Assembly (NCBI GenBank): GCA_963667565.1
Contig: OY763415.1
Span: 288,001 to 352,000 of the forward strand
Direction: 5' to 3'
DNA from: Acholeplasmataceae bacterium
GTDB taxonomy: Bacteria > Bacillota_I > Bacilli_A > Acholeplasmatales > Acholeplasmataceae
DNA: 64,000 bases
The notes beneath the pieces were generated by a model. It saw nothing but the letters and a program-made list of their open reading frames with translations. It was not told the origin of the DNA and did no database searches. Positions 51,794-61,703 of the stretch are shown here, piece after piece. Made by a program: the position numbers and the translations under genes. Each line of letters starts with the position of its first letter. The stretch's first letter is position 1.

Positions 51794-51818
51794 AAAGAAC
51801 CTTAGGGTTCTTTTTTTT
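51794..51818 (+). terminator. Intrinsic terminator
   Basis: AAAGAACC-ttag-GGTTCTTT followed by a T tract. Confidence 0.8.
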
Positions 51819-51871
51819 ATGCTTAAATGAAATTTATGATAAAATAATGTGTAGAAATAAGAGGTAAAACC

Positions 51872-52441
51872 ATGATTGAAAAAATAAAAACATATGCTAT
51901 AGAACATAACGTTCCAATCATCTGCGAAGAAGGCTTAAGATTCTTAAAAGACATATTAATCAAATATCAAGTTAAAGACGTCTTAGAAATAGGTACAGCT
52001 ATTGGATATAGTTCTATTGAAATGGCTTTAAATGGATGTGATGTCGATACTTTTGAGCGTGATATTCATATGATAGAACAAGCAAAAAAGAATATTAAAT
52101 CTTTAGATTTAGAGCATAAAATTAGACTCATTACAGAAGATGCATTATTATATAATGGAGAACTAAAGTCTTCATATGATTTAATTTTCATTGATGCAGC
52201 AAAAGCGCAATATCAAAAATTTTTTGAAAAATTCGAATCACGTTTAAGCAAAGAGGGTATCATTGTTTGTGATAACTTATCTTTTCATCATTTAGATAAA
52301 ACGAAAGTGAATAGAAATACAAGACAATTACTAATAAAATTAGAAAATTTCGTAGATTTTTTAAAAACCAATGAATCATTTGAAACAACATTCTATGATG
52401 TTGGTGATGGTATGAGTATTTCTAAAAGGATCATTAAATGA
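51872..52441 (+). CDS. trmR: O-methyltransferase (YrrM/TrmR-like)
   Basis: LEIGTAIGYS, DLIFIDAAKAQY; adjacent to the U32 pair. Confidence 0.85.
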   Translation: MIEKIKTYAIEHNVPIICEEGLRFLKDILIKYQVKDVLEIGTAIGYSSIEMALNGCDVDTFERDIHMIEQAKKNIKSLDLEHKIRLITEDALLYNGELKSSYDLIFIDAAKAQYQKFFEKFESRLSKEGIIVCDNLSFHHLDKTKVNRNTRQLLIKLENFVDFLKTNESFETTFYDVGDGMSISKRIIK

Positions 52442-53307
52442 AATTACTAACAACATTATTTGATATAAAAAATCTAGAACTTCTAAGTGAAGCTGATGGA
52501 TTTATCATCGGGAATGAAACTTATGGTACAAGACTTACTAAAAGCTTTTCTATTTCTGAAATTAACGAAGTTATCACGTTTGGAAAAACACATCAAAAAG
52601 ATGTGTTTTTAGTCGCAAATCAAATGTTTGACGATCAGATGATTGATACTTTTAAATCATGGATTAAAGAGATTCTAATTGAAGATTTAACAGGCTTAAT
52701 TGTTGCAGATGTCGGACTGTATTATGCATTAAAAAAAGAAGGATTACAAGACAAAGTAATCTATAACCCAGAAACTTTGATGACCAATTATTATGATTTT
52801 AACTTTTTAGTCGAAACAGGAATTTATGGTGTGTTTATCGCGAAAGAAATCACATTAGAAGATATTAAAATCATTGCAGAGAAGAAACAAACAAAATTAT
52901 TCATGGTTGGTCATGGACATTTAAATATGTTTTATTCAAAACGACAATTAATTGACAATTATATGCATTTTATGGATAAGGAAAATCATATACACAATAA
53001 GCAAACATTAAAAATTATTGAAGAAAAAAGAAGTGAAGAACCATATCCTATATTAGAAGATTTAGCAGGAACACATGTGTTTAGATCGCAGGTGTTTGAT
53101 AGTATTGATTATATAGAGACTTTGAGACCTTTGGTTGATTATTTAGTGATAGATGCTATTTTTAAAGATGATCTTTATACTAAAGCAATGATTGATATGT
53201 ATCAAGGGCACCCATCACTTGCAAAAGAAGACATTGAAAATACATATGAAGAAGTTTGGGATCATGGATTTTTCTTTAAGAAAACGATCTACAAACAAGG
53301 AGCATAA
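52438..53307 (+). CDS. Peptidase U32 family, small subunit (YrrN/TrhP1-like)
   Basis: IYNPETLMTN, AKEITLE, GHLNMFYSKR. Confidence 0.82.
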   Translation: MKLLTTLFDIKNLELLSEADGFIIGNETYGTRLTKSFSISEINEVITFGKTHQKDVFLVANQMFDDQMIDTFKSWIKEILIEDLTGLIVADVGLYYALKKEGLQDKVIYNPETLMTNYYDFNFLVETGIYGVFIAKEITLEDIKIIAEKKQTKLFMVGHGHLNMFYSKRQLIDNYMHFMDKENHIHNKQTLKIIEEKRSEEPYPILEDLAGTHVFRSQVFDSIDYIETLRPLVDYLVIDAIFKDDLYTKAMIDMYQGHPSLAKEDIENTYEEVWDHGFFFKKTIYKQGA

Positions 53308-53309
53308 AA

Positions 53310-54509
53310 ATGATAGAGTTATTAGCACCTGCTGGTGATTTAGAAAAATTAAAAATAGCTTTAATGTATGGTGCAGATGCTGTATTTATTGGTGGTCAGA
53401 ATTTTTCTCTTAGAGCACGCGCATCAAACTTCACATTAGATGACATATTAGAAGCAACCACTTTTGCCCATGAACGTGGAAAAAAAGTCTATATTACAAC
53501 TAACATTATTCCGCATAATGAAGACTTAGAAGGTGTTATCGAGTATTTACAAGCATTAGAAAAAAATCATGTAGACGCGATTATCTCTGCATCACCTTTT
53601 ATTATTGATATGGCACTTAATCATACGCAACTAGAAGTTCATTTATCAACTCAACAATCTGCATACAATAGTGAAGCAGTCAATTATTGGTTTGATAAAG
53701 GTGTTAAAAGAATTGTGTTAGCTAGAGAGTTAGATAAACATCAAATTCATGAGTTATGTGCTAAAACAAAAGCCGACATCGAAGTATTCATCCATGGTGG
53801 TATGTGCATGTCATTTAGTGGAAGATGTTCATTATCTGATAATATGACTGATCGCGATGCAAATCGTGGCGGTTGTGCACATTCATGTCGTTGGAATTAC
53901 GATTTAGTTGATGATGGTGTAAGTCAAGGTGAAACACCATTTTCAATGTCAAGTAAAGACTTAGAAGCGATTAATCAAGTGCCTTATTTAATTGATAGTG
54001 GTGTTTCATCATTAAAGATAGAAGGAAGAATGAAAAGTATTCATTATATCGCAACTGTTGTCTCTACATATCGAAGTTTAATTGATGAATACATTAAAAT
54101 GGGAGAAATCAAAGACTTTGATTTTTATGAAAAAGAAATGACTAAAGCTGAAAATAGACTATCATCAGTTGGATTTTTAGAAGGTACACCAGGTGTAGAT
54201 CAGCAATTATACCAAATGAGAAGTGAAAAGCCTTCACAACTCTTTATTGGACTTGGTATAAGTTATGATTTTGATTTGAAAACAGCTGTGATTGAACAAA
54301 GAAATTATTTTAAATTAGGTGATGAAATTGAAGTGTTTAACCCTGATGGATCAAGATTTGAATTTATCATCACACTCATGAAAGATCCAGATGGAGAATT
54401 AATTGATATTGCAAGACACCCACGACAATTAATTACAATTAATAGTCCATTTAAAATAGATAGCTATGCGATGATAAGAAAAGTTGTTAAAGAAGGAAAC
54501 CAAGCATAA
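53310..54509 (+). CDS. Peptidase U32 family tRNA hydroxylation protein (YrrO/TrhP2-like)
   Basis: ELLAPAG, EVFIHGGMCMSFSGRC, RGGCAHSCR, SLKIEGRMK. Confidence 0.92.
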   Translation: MIELLAPAGDLEKLKIALMYGADAVFIGGQNFSLRARASNFTLDDILEATTFAHERGKKVYITTNIIPHNEDLEGVIEYLQALEKNHVDAIISASPFIIDMALNHTQLEVHLSTQQSAYNSEAVNYWFDKGVKRIVLARELDKHQIHELCAKTKADIEVFIHGGMCMSFSGRCSLSDNMTDRDANRGGCAHSCRWNYDLVDDGVSQGETPFSMSSKDLEAINQVPYLIDSGVSSLKIEGRMKSIHYIATVVSTYRSLIDEYIKMGEIKDFDFYEKEMTKAENRLSSVGFLEGTPGVDQQLYQMRSEKPSQLFIGLGISYDFDLKTAVIEQRNYFKLGDEIEVFNPDGSRFEFIITLMKDPDGELIDIARHPRQLITINSPFKIDSYAMIRKVVKEGNQA

Positions 54510-54704
54510 GGTTTTCTTTTTTTTATGTATGCATAAGATAATAAAATAATTATGTGCTATAATGAAGTTAGAAACACAAACTTTACATATGATGACATTT
54601 TTAAGATTTATTAGAGGGAAAGCAAACAATTGAGAGAGACAGCCAAAGAAAATCCAAGCATGAACTAGATGGGGATCTAATCATAGATGGAGGCGTAACT
54701 CAAT

Positions 54705-56315
54705 ATGAAAAATGCAATAAAAACATTTGGAAACATGCTTTTATTTCCAAATAAAAAACAAAAGATTATCATTGTGACATTGTTATATTTTATGATAGCA
54801 GGTGTCTATTTTTTAGTCTATTATACGGGTGGAATTAAATATGTCTATTCTCATACGATATATATTCCAATTATTTTGATGGCAGCAACCACAGGTTATC
54901 AAGGTGGATTGCTTTCAGCGCTCATCTCATCTATGCTTTTAGGACCATTTATGCCTATAGATGTTGCTACAGGTGAACAACAAGATGCAATTAATTGGTT
55001 ATATCGAATGCTTATTCTAGTTTCATCTGGTGGTCTTGCAGGTATATCTTTTGATATGCTTAGAAAAAGTAGATTAACAGCATTTAATGTATTATCTCAT
55101 CATCATTACACAACAATCACTTTATATAATTCATTAGAACTTGATTATCGAAAAGAAAAGCGAGATCAACAGGTTATTGCAATTAGAGTTGTTAATTTCC
55201 AAAGTATTGTAGATTATATTGGAGTGCTTAATTATTTTGAAATTTGGAAAGCAATTAACGAAGAGATTTCAAGTTGTTGTGATTTTGAAGGAAAACTTTA
55301 TCATATTGAAGACCAAAACTTTATTTATATATGTACTCAACAAAATAATGTGATGCCACTTGATGAACTCTATCATATGTTTGCTAAAAGTCGAATGATT
55401 AATGATGTACCTATTTATTTCGATGTTGCTATAGGATATGTTAAACGTTTAGACAGTCTTGATCATCTTGTAGAAGATGCACTCATTACCTCAAGACATG
55501 CAGAATTAAATAGTGAACATTTATTGACATTTAAGCCTGAATTTAGAAAGAGTTTAAAAGCTTTTGAACTTGTTTCAGAACTAAGAGAAGCAATGAAAAA
55601 TAAAGATCTATATTTAGTGTATCAGCCTGTCGTTAAATCAAAATCTCATAAGATTAAGGCTGTTGAAGCTTTAGTGAGATGGCAACATAAAACACAAGGC
55701 GTTATTATGCCAGGGGCATTTATTGAACTTGTTGAACAAACATTACTCATCAACGATTTATCATATTATATTGCAAGAGAAGTTAAAGAAGAGATTTTAC
55801 CAGAACTCATGAAAAAAGGTATTCAAGTGTCAATAAATATTTCTGGTAAAAACTTTCAAAATAAACACTTTATGCAACAATTGCTAAGTGAAGAAATCTT
55901 TACAGACCAAGAAAAAAAATACGTTATTCTAGAAATCACTGAAACTGTATTTATCGGTCATGTTAATCAAGTGGTTCAGTTGCTCGAAACACTCAAATCT
56001 AAAGGATATATGCTTGCTTTAGATGATTTTGGAGTTGGATTTACAAGTCTATCCTATTTAGGAAAATATCCTATTGATTATTTGAAAATCGATCGATCAT
56101 TTATGATGCAATATCATGAAATAGCCGTACAAAGTATTGTTAAATCAGTGATTCATTTATCAAAAGAATTAGAGTATCAGGTGGTTGCTGAAGGCATTGA
56201 GACAAAAGAATTGGTAGAACAATTAGAAAAAATTGAGTGTGATTTCTTTCAAGGGTATTACTTCTCAAAACCTGTTGATAAGCATGAAATCTTGAAATTG
56301 ATTCATAAAAAATAA
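54705..56315 (+). CDS. Membrane-anchored EAL-domain protein with a degenerate GGDEF-like middle domain
   Basis: N-terminal TM region; YQP, EALVRW, INIS, EITE, DDFGVG, KIDRSF, EGIET, QGYYFSKP. Confidence 0.9.
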   Translation: MKNAIKTFGNMLLFPNKKQKIIIVTLLYFMIAGVYFLVYYTGGIKYVYSHTIYIPIILMAATTGYQGGLLSALISSMLLGPFMPIDVATGEQQDAINWLYRMLILVSSGGLAGISFDMLRKSRLTAFNVLSHHHYTTITLYNSLELDYRKEKRDQQVIAIRVVNFQSIVDYIGVLNYFEIWKAINEEISSCCDFEGKLYHIEDQNFIYICTQQNNVMPLDELYHMFAKSRMINDVPIYFDVAIGYVKRLDSLDHLVEDALITSRHAELNSEHLLTFKPEFRKSLKAFELVSELREAMKNKDLYLVYQPVVKSKSHKIKAVEALVRWQHKTQGVIMPGAFIELVEQTLLINDLSYYIAREVKEEILPELMKKGIQVSINISGKNFQNKHFMQQLLSEEIFTDQEKKYVILEITETVFIGHVNQVVQLLETLKSKGYMLALDDFGVGFTSLSYLGKYPIDYLKIDRSFMMQYHEIAVQSIVKSVIHLSKELEYQVVAEGIETKELVEQLEKIECDFFQGYYFSKPVDKHEILKLIHKK

Positions 56316-56352
56316 AAAAAGACATACTAGATTAATTTCTAATATGTCTTTT
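56313..56352. terminator. Bidirectional intrinsic terminator
   Basis: AAAAGACATA.TAGA...TCTA.TATGTCTTTT between convergent genes. Confidence 0.7.
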
Positions 56353-56368
56353 ATTTTGTGATAAATAA

Positions 56369-58003
56369 TTATTTAGTTAATGTATATTGTGCTTGAAACA
56401 TAGGAATTAATACGATTAAATAAAAACTTAAGATTAATCCTAAAACAAGAAGTGCGCCAACTGTTAACGCTAAGTAAAGCGAATAAAGAATTGGTACAAT
56501 GACTAATACTGCTAAAATCATAAATACACTAAATAATGCTTGTTTAACTTCAAAAGTTTTTACGTAATGGTTTAAGAATAAGAATAATGTTCCAAGAGCA
56601 CCAATAACTAAGAATAAGAAAGATGCACCACTTAATACGAAACCAGTTAATAAAGCCAATAAAAGGTTAAATAAACTTCCAGCAATAATAAACTCTGTTT
56701 GCATATTTTGATATTTTTTAACATAAACTCTATATGCTAAATAGGTTAAACCAATGAGTGTAATTAGTGTGGGTATACCACCTAAATTTGTCTTAACATA
56801 TGTGAGACTAAAATCGACTTTTGAATAGAATGCAATAATTCTTGCTACGATATATCCAACGACAATGAATGCACCCATAAGACCACCAAATAAACTAAAT
56901 GATTTACCAAGTCTCTTAAGTGATATACTTTCATTTTTTAGAGCTAAAACAATGAACGCAACAAGTGCAACTAAGAACACTATATGCATCACATTTGCGA
57001 AATTTTCTGAATATCTTACAAAGACATTAGCAAATAATGTAAAGAAGACATCATTGTGTGTGCCATCAAAATAATTGATGTCGCTATAAGTAGCGTTTGT
57101 TGCAAATTCTTCAACAAGTGGTACAATTTGCTCACCATAATGTTGAATACTTGATGGATTGATATTTGTGTAATTATCATTAGGTGTATGGTAATAATAT
57201 AAGTTATCAAGGACAGCAAAGTTCATACCATTTTTGTCAATAGCCAAAAATTTGGTGAAGTCTGTTGAGTTTGGCATGACTGTATATACAGCTGTTGCTA
57301 AACTATAAGATACTGGATAATTTGCATTTGAGTATAAATCTAAAACTTTATTGTTATTTGCACTTGTTTCAAACATGTAAGCAGGGCCTTTAACACCACG
57401 AGCTTCAATATTGATAACAAATCCAACTTTAGACATTAAGTCTGTTTCTTGTGTTGCAAATGCTGCACCATATAAACCAGTTTCTTCAGCATCAGTCATA
57501 AGAATATAAATTGTATTTTCTAAATTTCTATCTTTATAGAGTCTTGCAATTTCAAGCATGGTTGCAATTGCATAACCATCATCTGCTGCACCATAGGATT
57601 CACCAAGTTCTCCAGCACGTCCTACATGACCTCTTGAATCATAATGACCCACGAGCATAATCGCTGTTTCTGAATTTCCTGGAATGACACCTAATAAATT
57701 ATGTATGTCATATTCGATTGTTGCATCGGTAACTAGTGTGTGATCATATGTATATTCAGTGACATTAGATGCTCCAAGATAATCAGTAAGTCTATCTTTT
57801 AAATATAATCTTACATCTTCATGATTTTCAGCATCAAAGACACTGTGTTGATCTTGAGAGATGTAAGCAAGTGTTTGCATCGCATAAACAACATTAAATT
57901 CTTCCGTACTTTTTGTTTGTGGATTTGGTGTATAAAGTACAAAAGTTGATAAAAATAAAGCAAGCACTAAAATTATTAAAGTAAATCTTTTTTGTGTTAA
58001 CAT
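56369..58003 (-). CDS. M28 family metallopeptidase with C-terminal membrane domain
   Basis: GHYDS, GAADDG, TDAEETGL, NIEARG, YHTPND followed by multiple TM helices. Confidence 0.9.
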   Translation of the reverse strand: MLTQKRFTLIILVLALFLSTFVLYTPNPQTKSTEEFNVVYAMQTLAYISQDQHSVFDAENHEDVRLYLKDRLTDYLGASNVTEYTYDHTLVTDATIEYDIHNLLGVIPGNSETAIMLVGHYDSRGHVGRAGELGESYGAADDGYAIATMLEIARLYKDRNLENTIYILMTDAEETGLYGAAFATQETDLMSKVGFVINIEARGVKGPAYMFETSANNNKVLDLYSNANYPVSYSLATAVYTVMPNSTDFTKFLAIDKNGMNFAVLDNLYYYHTPNDNYTNINPSSIQHYGEQIVPLVEEFATNATYSDINYFDGTHNDVFFTLFANVFVRYSENFANVMHIVFLVALVAFIVLALKNESISLKRLGKSFSLFGGLMGAFIVVGYIVARIIAFYSKVDFSLTYVKTNLGGIPTLITLIGLTYLAYRVYVKKYQNMQTEFIIAGSLFNLLLALLTGFVLSGASFLFLVIGALGTLFLFLNHYVKTFEVKQALFSVFMILAVLVIVPILYSLYLALTVGALLVLGLILSFYLIVLIPMFQAQYTLTK

Positions 58004-58153
58004 ATTTTTCTCCTCTATTCAAAATGAAATATAATAGTTTGAACTTCAATATTTTAACATATTTTTTATGATTTTTAAAGATAGATTATAGTAATTCAAA
58101 TATATATTTAAATATGTTAAAATAGAAATAGAAAAATCTTTACTGAGGTAACT

Positions 58154-59569
58154 ATGATAAAAAAAATCTTTCTTTCTTTTCTTTTATTTTTGACAACACT
58201 ATCGCTTGCATCTTGTGATCCATGGATCACGCTTGATCCAAATATAAATAATCAAGATGATACACCAGTAGAAAACGTTGATACATTTGAGCGTTTATTT
58301 GATGATGTTGTTTATCGAAAAGTAACGATTGAAGTTTCTAATGATAACTGGACAGCACTCCATGAATCCTTATTAGAACATCAAGCGCTTTTTGGAAATC
58401 TTAAAACTGATTTATATGTAGATGCCAATATGACTTATGAAGATGATTTAGGCGTGATTGAGTATGATCACGTAGGTCTTAGACCACGTGGAAATTTATC
58501 TTTGACATATTTAATGGATGGTGATGGAAACATCAACATGAATAGTTTTAAAATTAATTTCAGAGAAACATTTGATGGATTGCATCCAGAAAATGATGGA
58601 AGAAGAGGATTTGAACTTAAAGAATTAGATATGAAATGGAATAGAAATTATGATGAGACTTATATGACTGAACAGTATGCATTAGATATGATGAATCATT
58701 TTGGTGTTGATGCTGCAGAGACTACACATTTTATCTTAAGCTTCATCATTGATGGAGAAGAAACTGTCATGGGTTTATATACTGGATTTGAACCCATTGA
58801 TGATGAGTTTGTTGAAAGAAGATTATCAAAAGCTGAAGAAGATGGTGATCTATATAAATGTTTATGGCAACAATACGGACCAGCATCATTAGAATTGATG
58901 GTAGATCCGCTAGCTATAGGACAAAGAGATGTTTCTACCAATTATATGCCAGCTTATGATTTAAAAACAAATAAAGATACGTCTAATCACACTGAATTTT
59001 TAACATTTATGAATAATATTAACTATTTAAATGGAACTACATTTAATGCATATATCGATGATCACTTTGAAGTGGAAAAATTTTTGAGACTTCTCGCGGT
59101 CAATGTTTTTATTGGTAATCCTGATGATTATCGTGCGATGGGAAATAATTATTTTATGTATCAAAATAGTGAGTCACTTAAATGGATGATGATTCCATAT
59201 GACTTTGATCATGGATTAGGTCAAGGCTGGTGGCAAGCTGATGTATATCCTAATTATTCGATTGGTGTCGATATTTATACTTGGTTTGATTTAAATGATG
59301 CACTGACTGGATATGATGTTAAGCATCCGTTAGTTGATAAAATATTAGCAAATGATGCATATAAAGATTTATATACAAGCATTGTTCAAGAAATCCTAAA
59401 TGATAACTATTTTACAGAAACTTATTTTGAAACTGAATTCAATCAGTTAAAAGAAGTATTTGAAGGTAGGTTTGATGATGCACTTGACAATCAAGGGTTT
59501 GGTTTAAGAAATGCGCTTGATTATATTAGTGCAAAAAGAAGTGATGTTTCAAATCAACTCAATGGATAA
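58154..59569 (+). CDS. CotH-family kinase-like lipoprotein
   Basis: LASC lipobox; RPRGN, SFKINF, GLYTGFEPID, GNPDDY..MGNNY, IPYDFDHG. Confidence 0.85.
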   Translation: MIKKIFLSFLLFLTTLSLASCDPWITLDPNINNQDDTPVENVDTFERLFDDVVYRKVTIEVSNDNWTALHESLLEHQALFGNLKTDLYVDANMTYEDDLGVIEYDHVGLRPRGNLSLTYLMDGDGNINMNSFKINFRETFDGLHPENDGRRGFELKELDMKWNRNYDETYMTEQYALDMMNHFGVDAAETTHFILSFIIDGEETVMGLYTGFEPIDDEFVERRLSKAEEDGDLYKCLWQQYGPASLELMVDPLAIGQRDVSTNYMPAYDLKTNKDTSNHTEFLTFMNNINYLNGTTFNAYIDDHFEVEKFLRLLAVNVFIGNPDDYRAMGNNYFMYQNSESLKWMMIPYDFDHGLGQGWWQADVYPNYSIGVDIYTWFDLNDALTGYDVKHPLVDKILANDAYKDLYTSIVQEILNDNYFTETYFETEFNQLKEVFEGRFDDALDNQGFGLRNALDYISAKRSDVSNQLNG

Positions 59570-59593
59570 CGATTGTAAAAACAGTCGTTTTTT
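59568..59593 (+). terminator. Intrinsic terminator
   Basis: AACGATTGT-aaaa-ACAGTCGTT followed by a T tract. Confidence 0.65.
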
Positions 59594-59641
59594 ATTAATT
59601 TAATAAATTAATAGATGCTATAATAGTACTGAGGTGAAGCT

Positions 59642-60535
59642 ATGTTTAGTCAAAATGAGTTTCAAGTTATAAATAATAACTACCTAGAAATGAATCGGGA
59701 AAAGCAAAAAAAATTGAAGAAAGTAATCATGATTTCTTTGTTAACTACTGTTGTATTAGGTTTTAGCTTTATAGGTTTAAATCGCATTTTAGATAGTCAA
59801 AATGATTCAAATATGATTATCAATTTTTTCTTTATATTTGGAATGATTGTTACTGGATTTATTGCATTTATTGCATGGATCGCATCTATAAGCAAAATGA
59901 CGATGTCTTCATTCTATAGTTATATATTCTTAGAAGTGATTGAACATATGAATCAACAAGAAGGTTTATTTTATAAATATTCAAATCAGAAAGAAAAGCA
60001 TAAAGAATTAGCATCTTTGATTGAACCTGGAAATTTATTTCCTCACGGTGGAATTAATGCACATTACCATATATCAGGTTTTACAAAAGTACAGCATCCT
60101 TTTGATTTATTTGATTTAAGTATTGTGACAAGTAATGGCCAAAGTTCTACAACACACTTTGATGGCATTTATTTTAAAATGAATACAGACTTAAATACTG
60201 AAGTTCAAATGAGAAATTTATCAAAACCAAGAGTGAAGGGATTAAAATTTGAGATTGTTAGACAAGACGATAAGGTTAAAGTCTTTAAACCTCTAAATGA
60301 GAATATGAACGAAGAAGATGAACAACTCTATATGTTGATGAAACCTTTTTATCAAGATATGAACATAAGATATGCTTTTTTAAGTGTTGTTAACCATGAG
60401 TTGCACTTAGCTATATGGTATAAAAAACATCCTCTAAGAAAATTTAAAACTTTTGATCTCCATCAACTTAACGAGATTTTAGCATCATTTAATCACTTAT
60501 TTGAAATTATGAATCAATTTGATGAGTTAAACTAG
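59642..60535 (+). CDS. Hypothetical protein with two N-terminal TM helices (DUF3137-like)
   Basis: 2 TM then a soluble domain with VTSNGQSSTTHFDG; TGCTATAAT promoter and GAGGTG RBS. Confidence 0.6.
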   Translation: MFSQNEFQVINNNYLEMNREKQKKLKKVIMISLLTTVVLGFSFIGLNRILDSQNDSNMIINFFFIFGMIVTGFIAFIAWIASISKMTMSSFYSYIFLEVIEHMNQQEGLFYKYSNQKEKHKELASLIEPGNLFPHGGINAHYHISGFTKVQHPFDLFDLSIVTSNGQSSTTHFDGIYFKMNTDLNTEVQMRNLSKPRVKGLKFEIVRQDDKVKVFKPLNENMNEEDEQLYMLMKPFYQDMNIRYAFLSVVNHELHLAIWYKKHPLRKFKTFDLHQLNEILASFNHLFEIMNQFDELN

Positions 60536-60536
60536 T

Positions 60537-61190
60537 ATGACACAAACATTTCAAAAAGACGGAAAAACTATTCGTTACCAAACCGTGATTAAAAATAACA
60601 AACACACTTATTTTAGAATTAAAGATGATTATGTGCTAGTAACAACCAATAAGAAAATGATTCATTTAATAGATACATATTTATTTGAACATTTTGATTC
60701 CCTTTATCAAAAAATAAATCGAAAACCCGAAGTCAGTGCTGATAGCATTCAATTAAGAGGTAAATCTTATCATTTATCATTTCATGAAGGACGTTTTCGT
60801 TACTTGATCAAAGATTCTGAAGTGATGGCTTGGGGAAAAGATATCATGAGTACAAAAAAGAAGATTTACATGAACGAGATTAAAGAAATGATTGTTGATG
60901 TTCATCCAAAAGTACTAAAAGTCATTGCTAAAAATCAATTAAAACAACTTCCCATAAAGTATAAATATTTAAAATCTAAGTTTGGATCATATCATAAAAA
61001 ACATGATGAAATTACACTAAATACTTTTCTTGCAACACTTGATCCAATCTACTTAGAATATGTTTTATATCATGAATATGCACATAAAATTATATTTAAT
61101 CATTCCAAAGCTTTTTATGATATACTAGATACTTGGATGATTGAGCATAAAATCATACAAAAAGCCCTTAAAAAAATGGTAATTACATAA
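60537..61190 (+). CDS. YgjP-like (DUF45/M48) metal-dependent hydrolase
   Basis: KSKFGS, EYVLYHEYAH, NHSKAFY. Confidence 0.88.
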   Translation: MTQTFQKDGKTIRYQTVIKNNKHTYFRIKDDYVLVTTNKKMIHLIDTYLFEHFDSLYQKINRKPEVSADSIQLRGKSYHLSFHEGRFRYLIKDSEVMAWGKDIMSTKKKIYMNEIKEMIVDVHPKVLKVIAKNQLKQLPIKYKYLKSKFGSYHKKHDEITLNTFLATLDPIYLEYVLYHEYAHKIIFNHSKAFYDILDTWMIEHKIIQKALKKMVIT

Positions 61191-61232
61191 AAAATCATGT
61201 ATAATATATAAGAACTTAAGGAGGTACTTTCC

Positions 61233-61703
61233 ATGGCGAAACAAACATTCCAATTAACTCAAGAAGGTATTAATAAATTAAAAGACGAACTTAATTATTT
61301 AAAGGACGTTAAGAGAGGCGAAAACTTAGAAGCTTTAAAAGAAGCTCGTGCTCAAGGTGACTTATCAGAAAATGCTGATTATGATGCAGCAAGAAATGAA
61401 CAAGCTAGAATTGAAGCAAGAATCGCTGAAATTGAAACAATCATTAAAAATGTTAAAATCATTAGAACAACATCTGATGATATTGTTAACATTGGTAAAC
61501 AAGTTAAAGTTGAATTTGTTGAAACAAAAAAACAAAACACTTTTAGTTTAGTCGGTAGTATTGAAGCAAATCCAATGGAAAATAAAATTTCTGTTGAATC
61601 ACCACTTGGTAAAGCAATGCTTAACAAAGTAGAAGGTGACGAAGTTGAAGTGAAAACTGAAACTGGACGCCTCTTCAAAATTAAAATTTTGGAAATTGAG
61701 TAA
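61233..61703 (+). CDS. greA: Transcription elongation factor GreA
   Basis: ARAQGDLSENADYDAA, ISVESPLGKA. Confidence 0.97.
   Translation: MAKQTFQLTQEGINKLKDELNYLKDVKRGENLEALKEARAQGDLSENADYDAARNEQARIEARIAEIETIIKNVKIIRTTSDDIVNIGKQVKVEFVETKKQNTFSLVGSIEANPMENKISVESPLGKAMLNKVEGDEVEVKTETGRLFKIKILEIE

Noticed and set aside
54612..54695. c-di-GMP-I (GEMM) riboswitch upstream of the EAL gene (GCAAAC...CAAAG...TCTAA fragments)
   Set aside because: The GNRA-capped stem and GGACGCAAAG core do not form; the resemblance is fragmentary.
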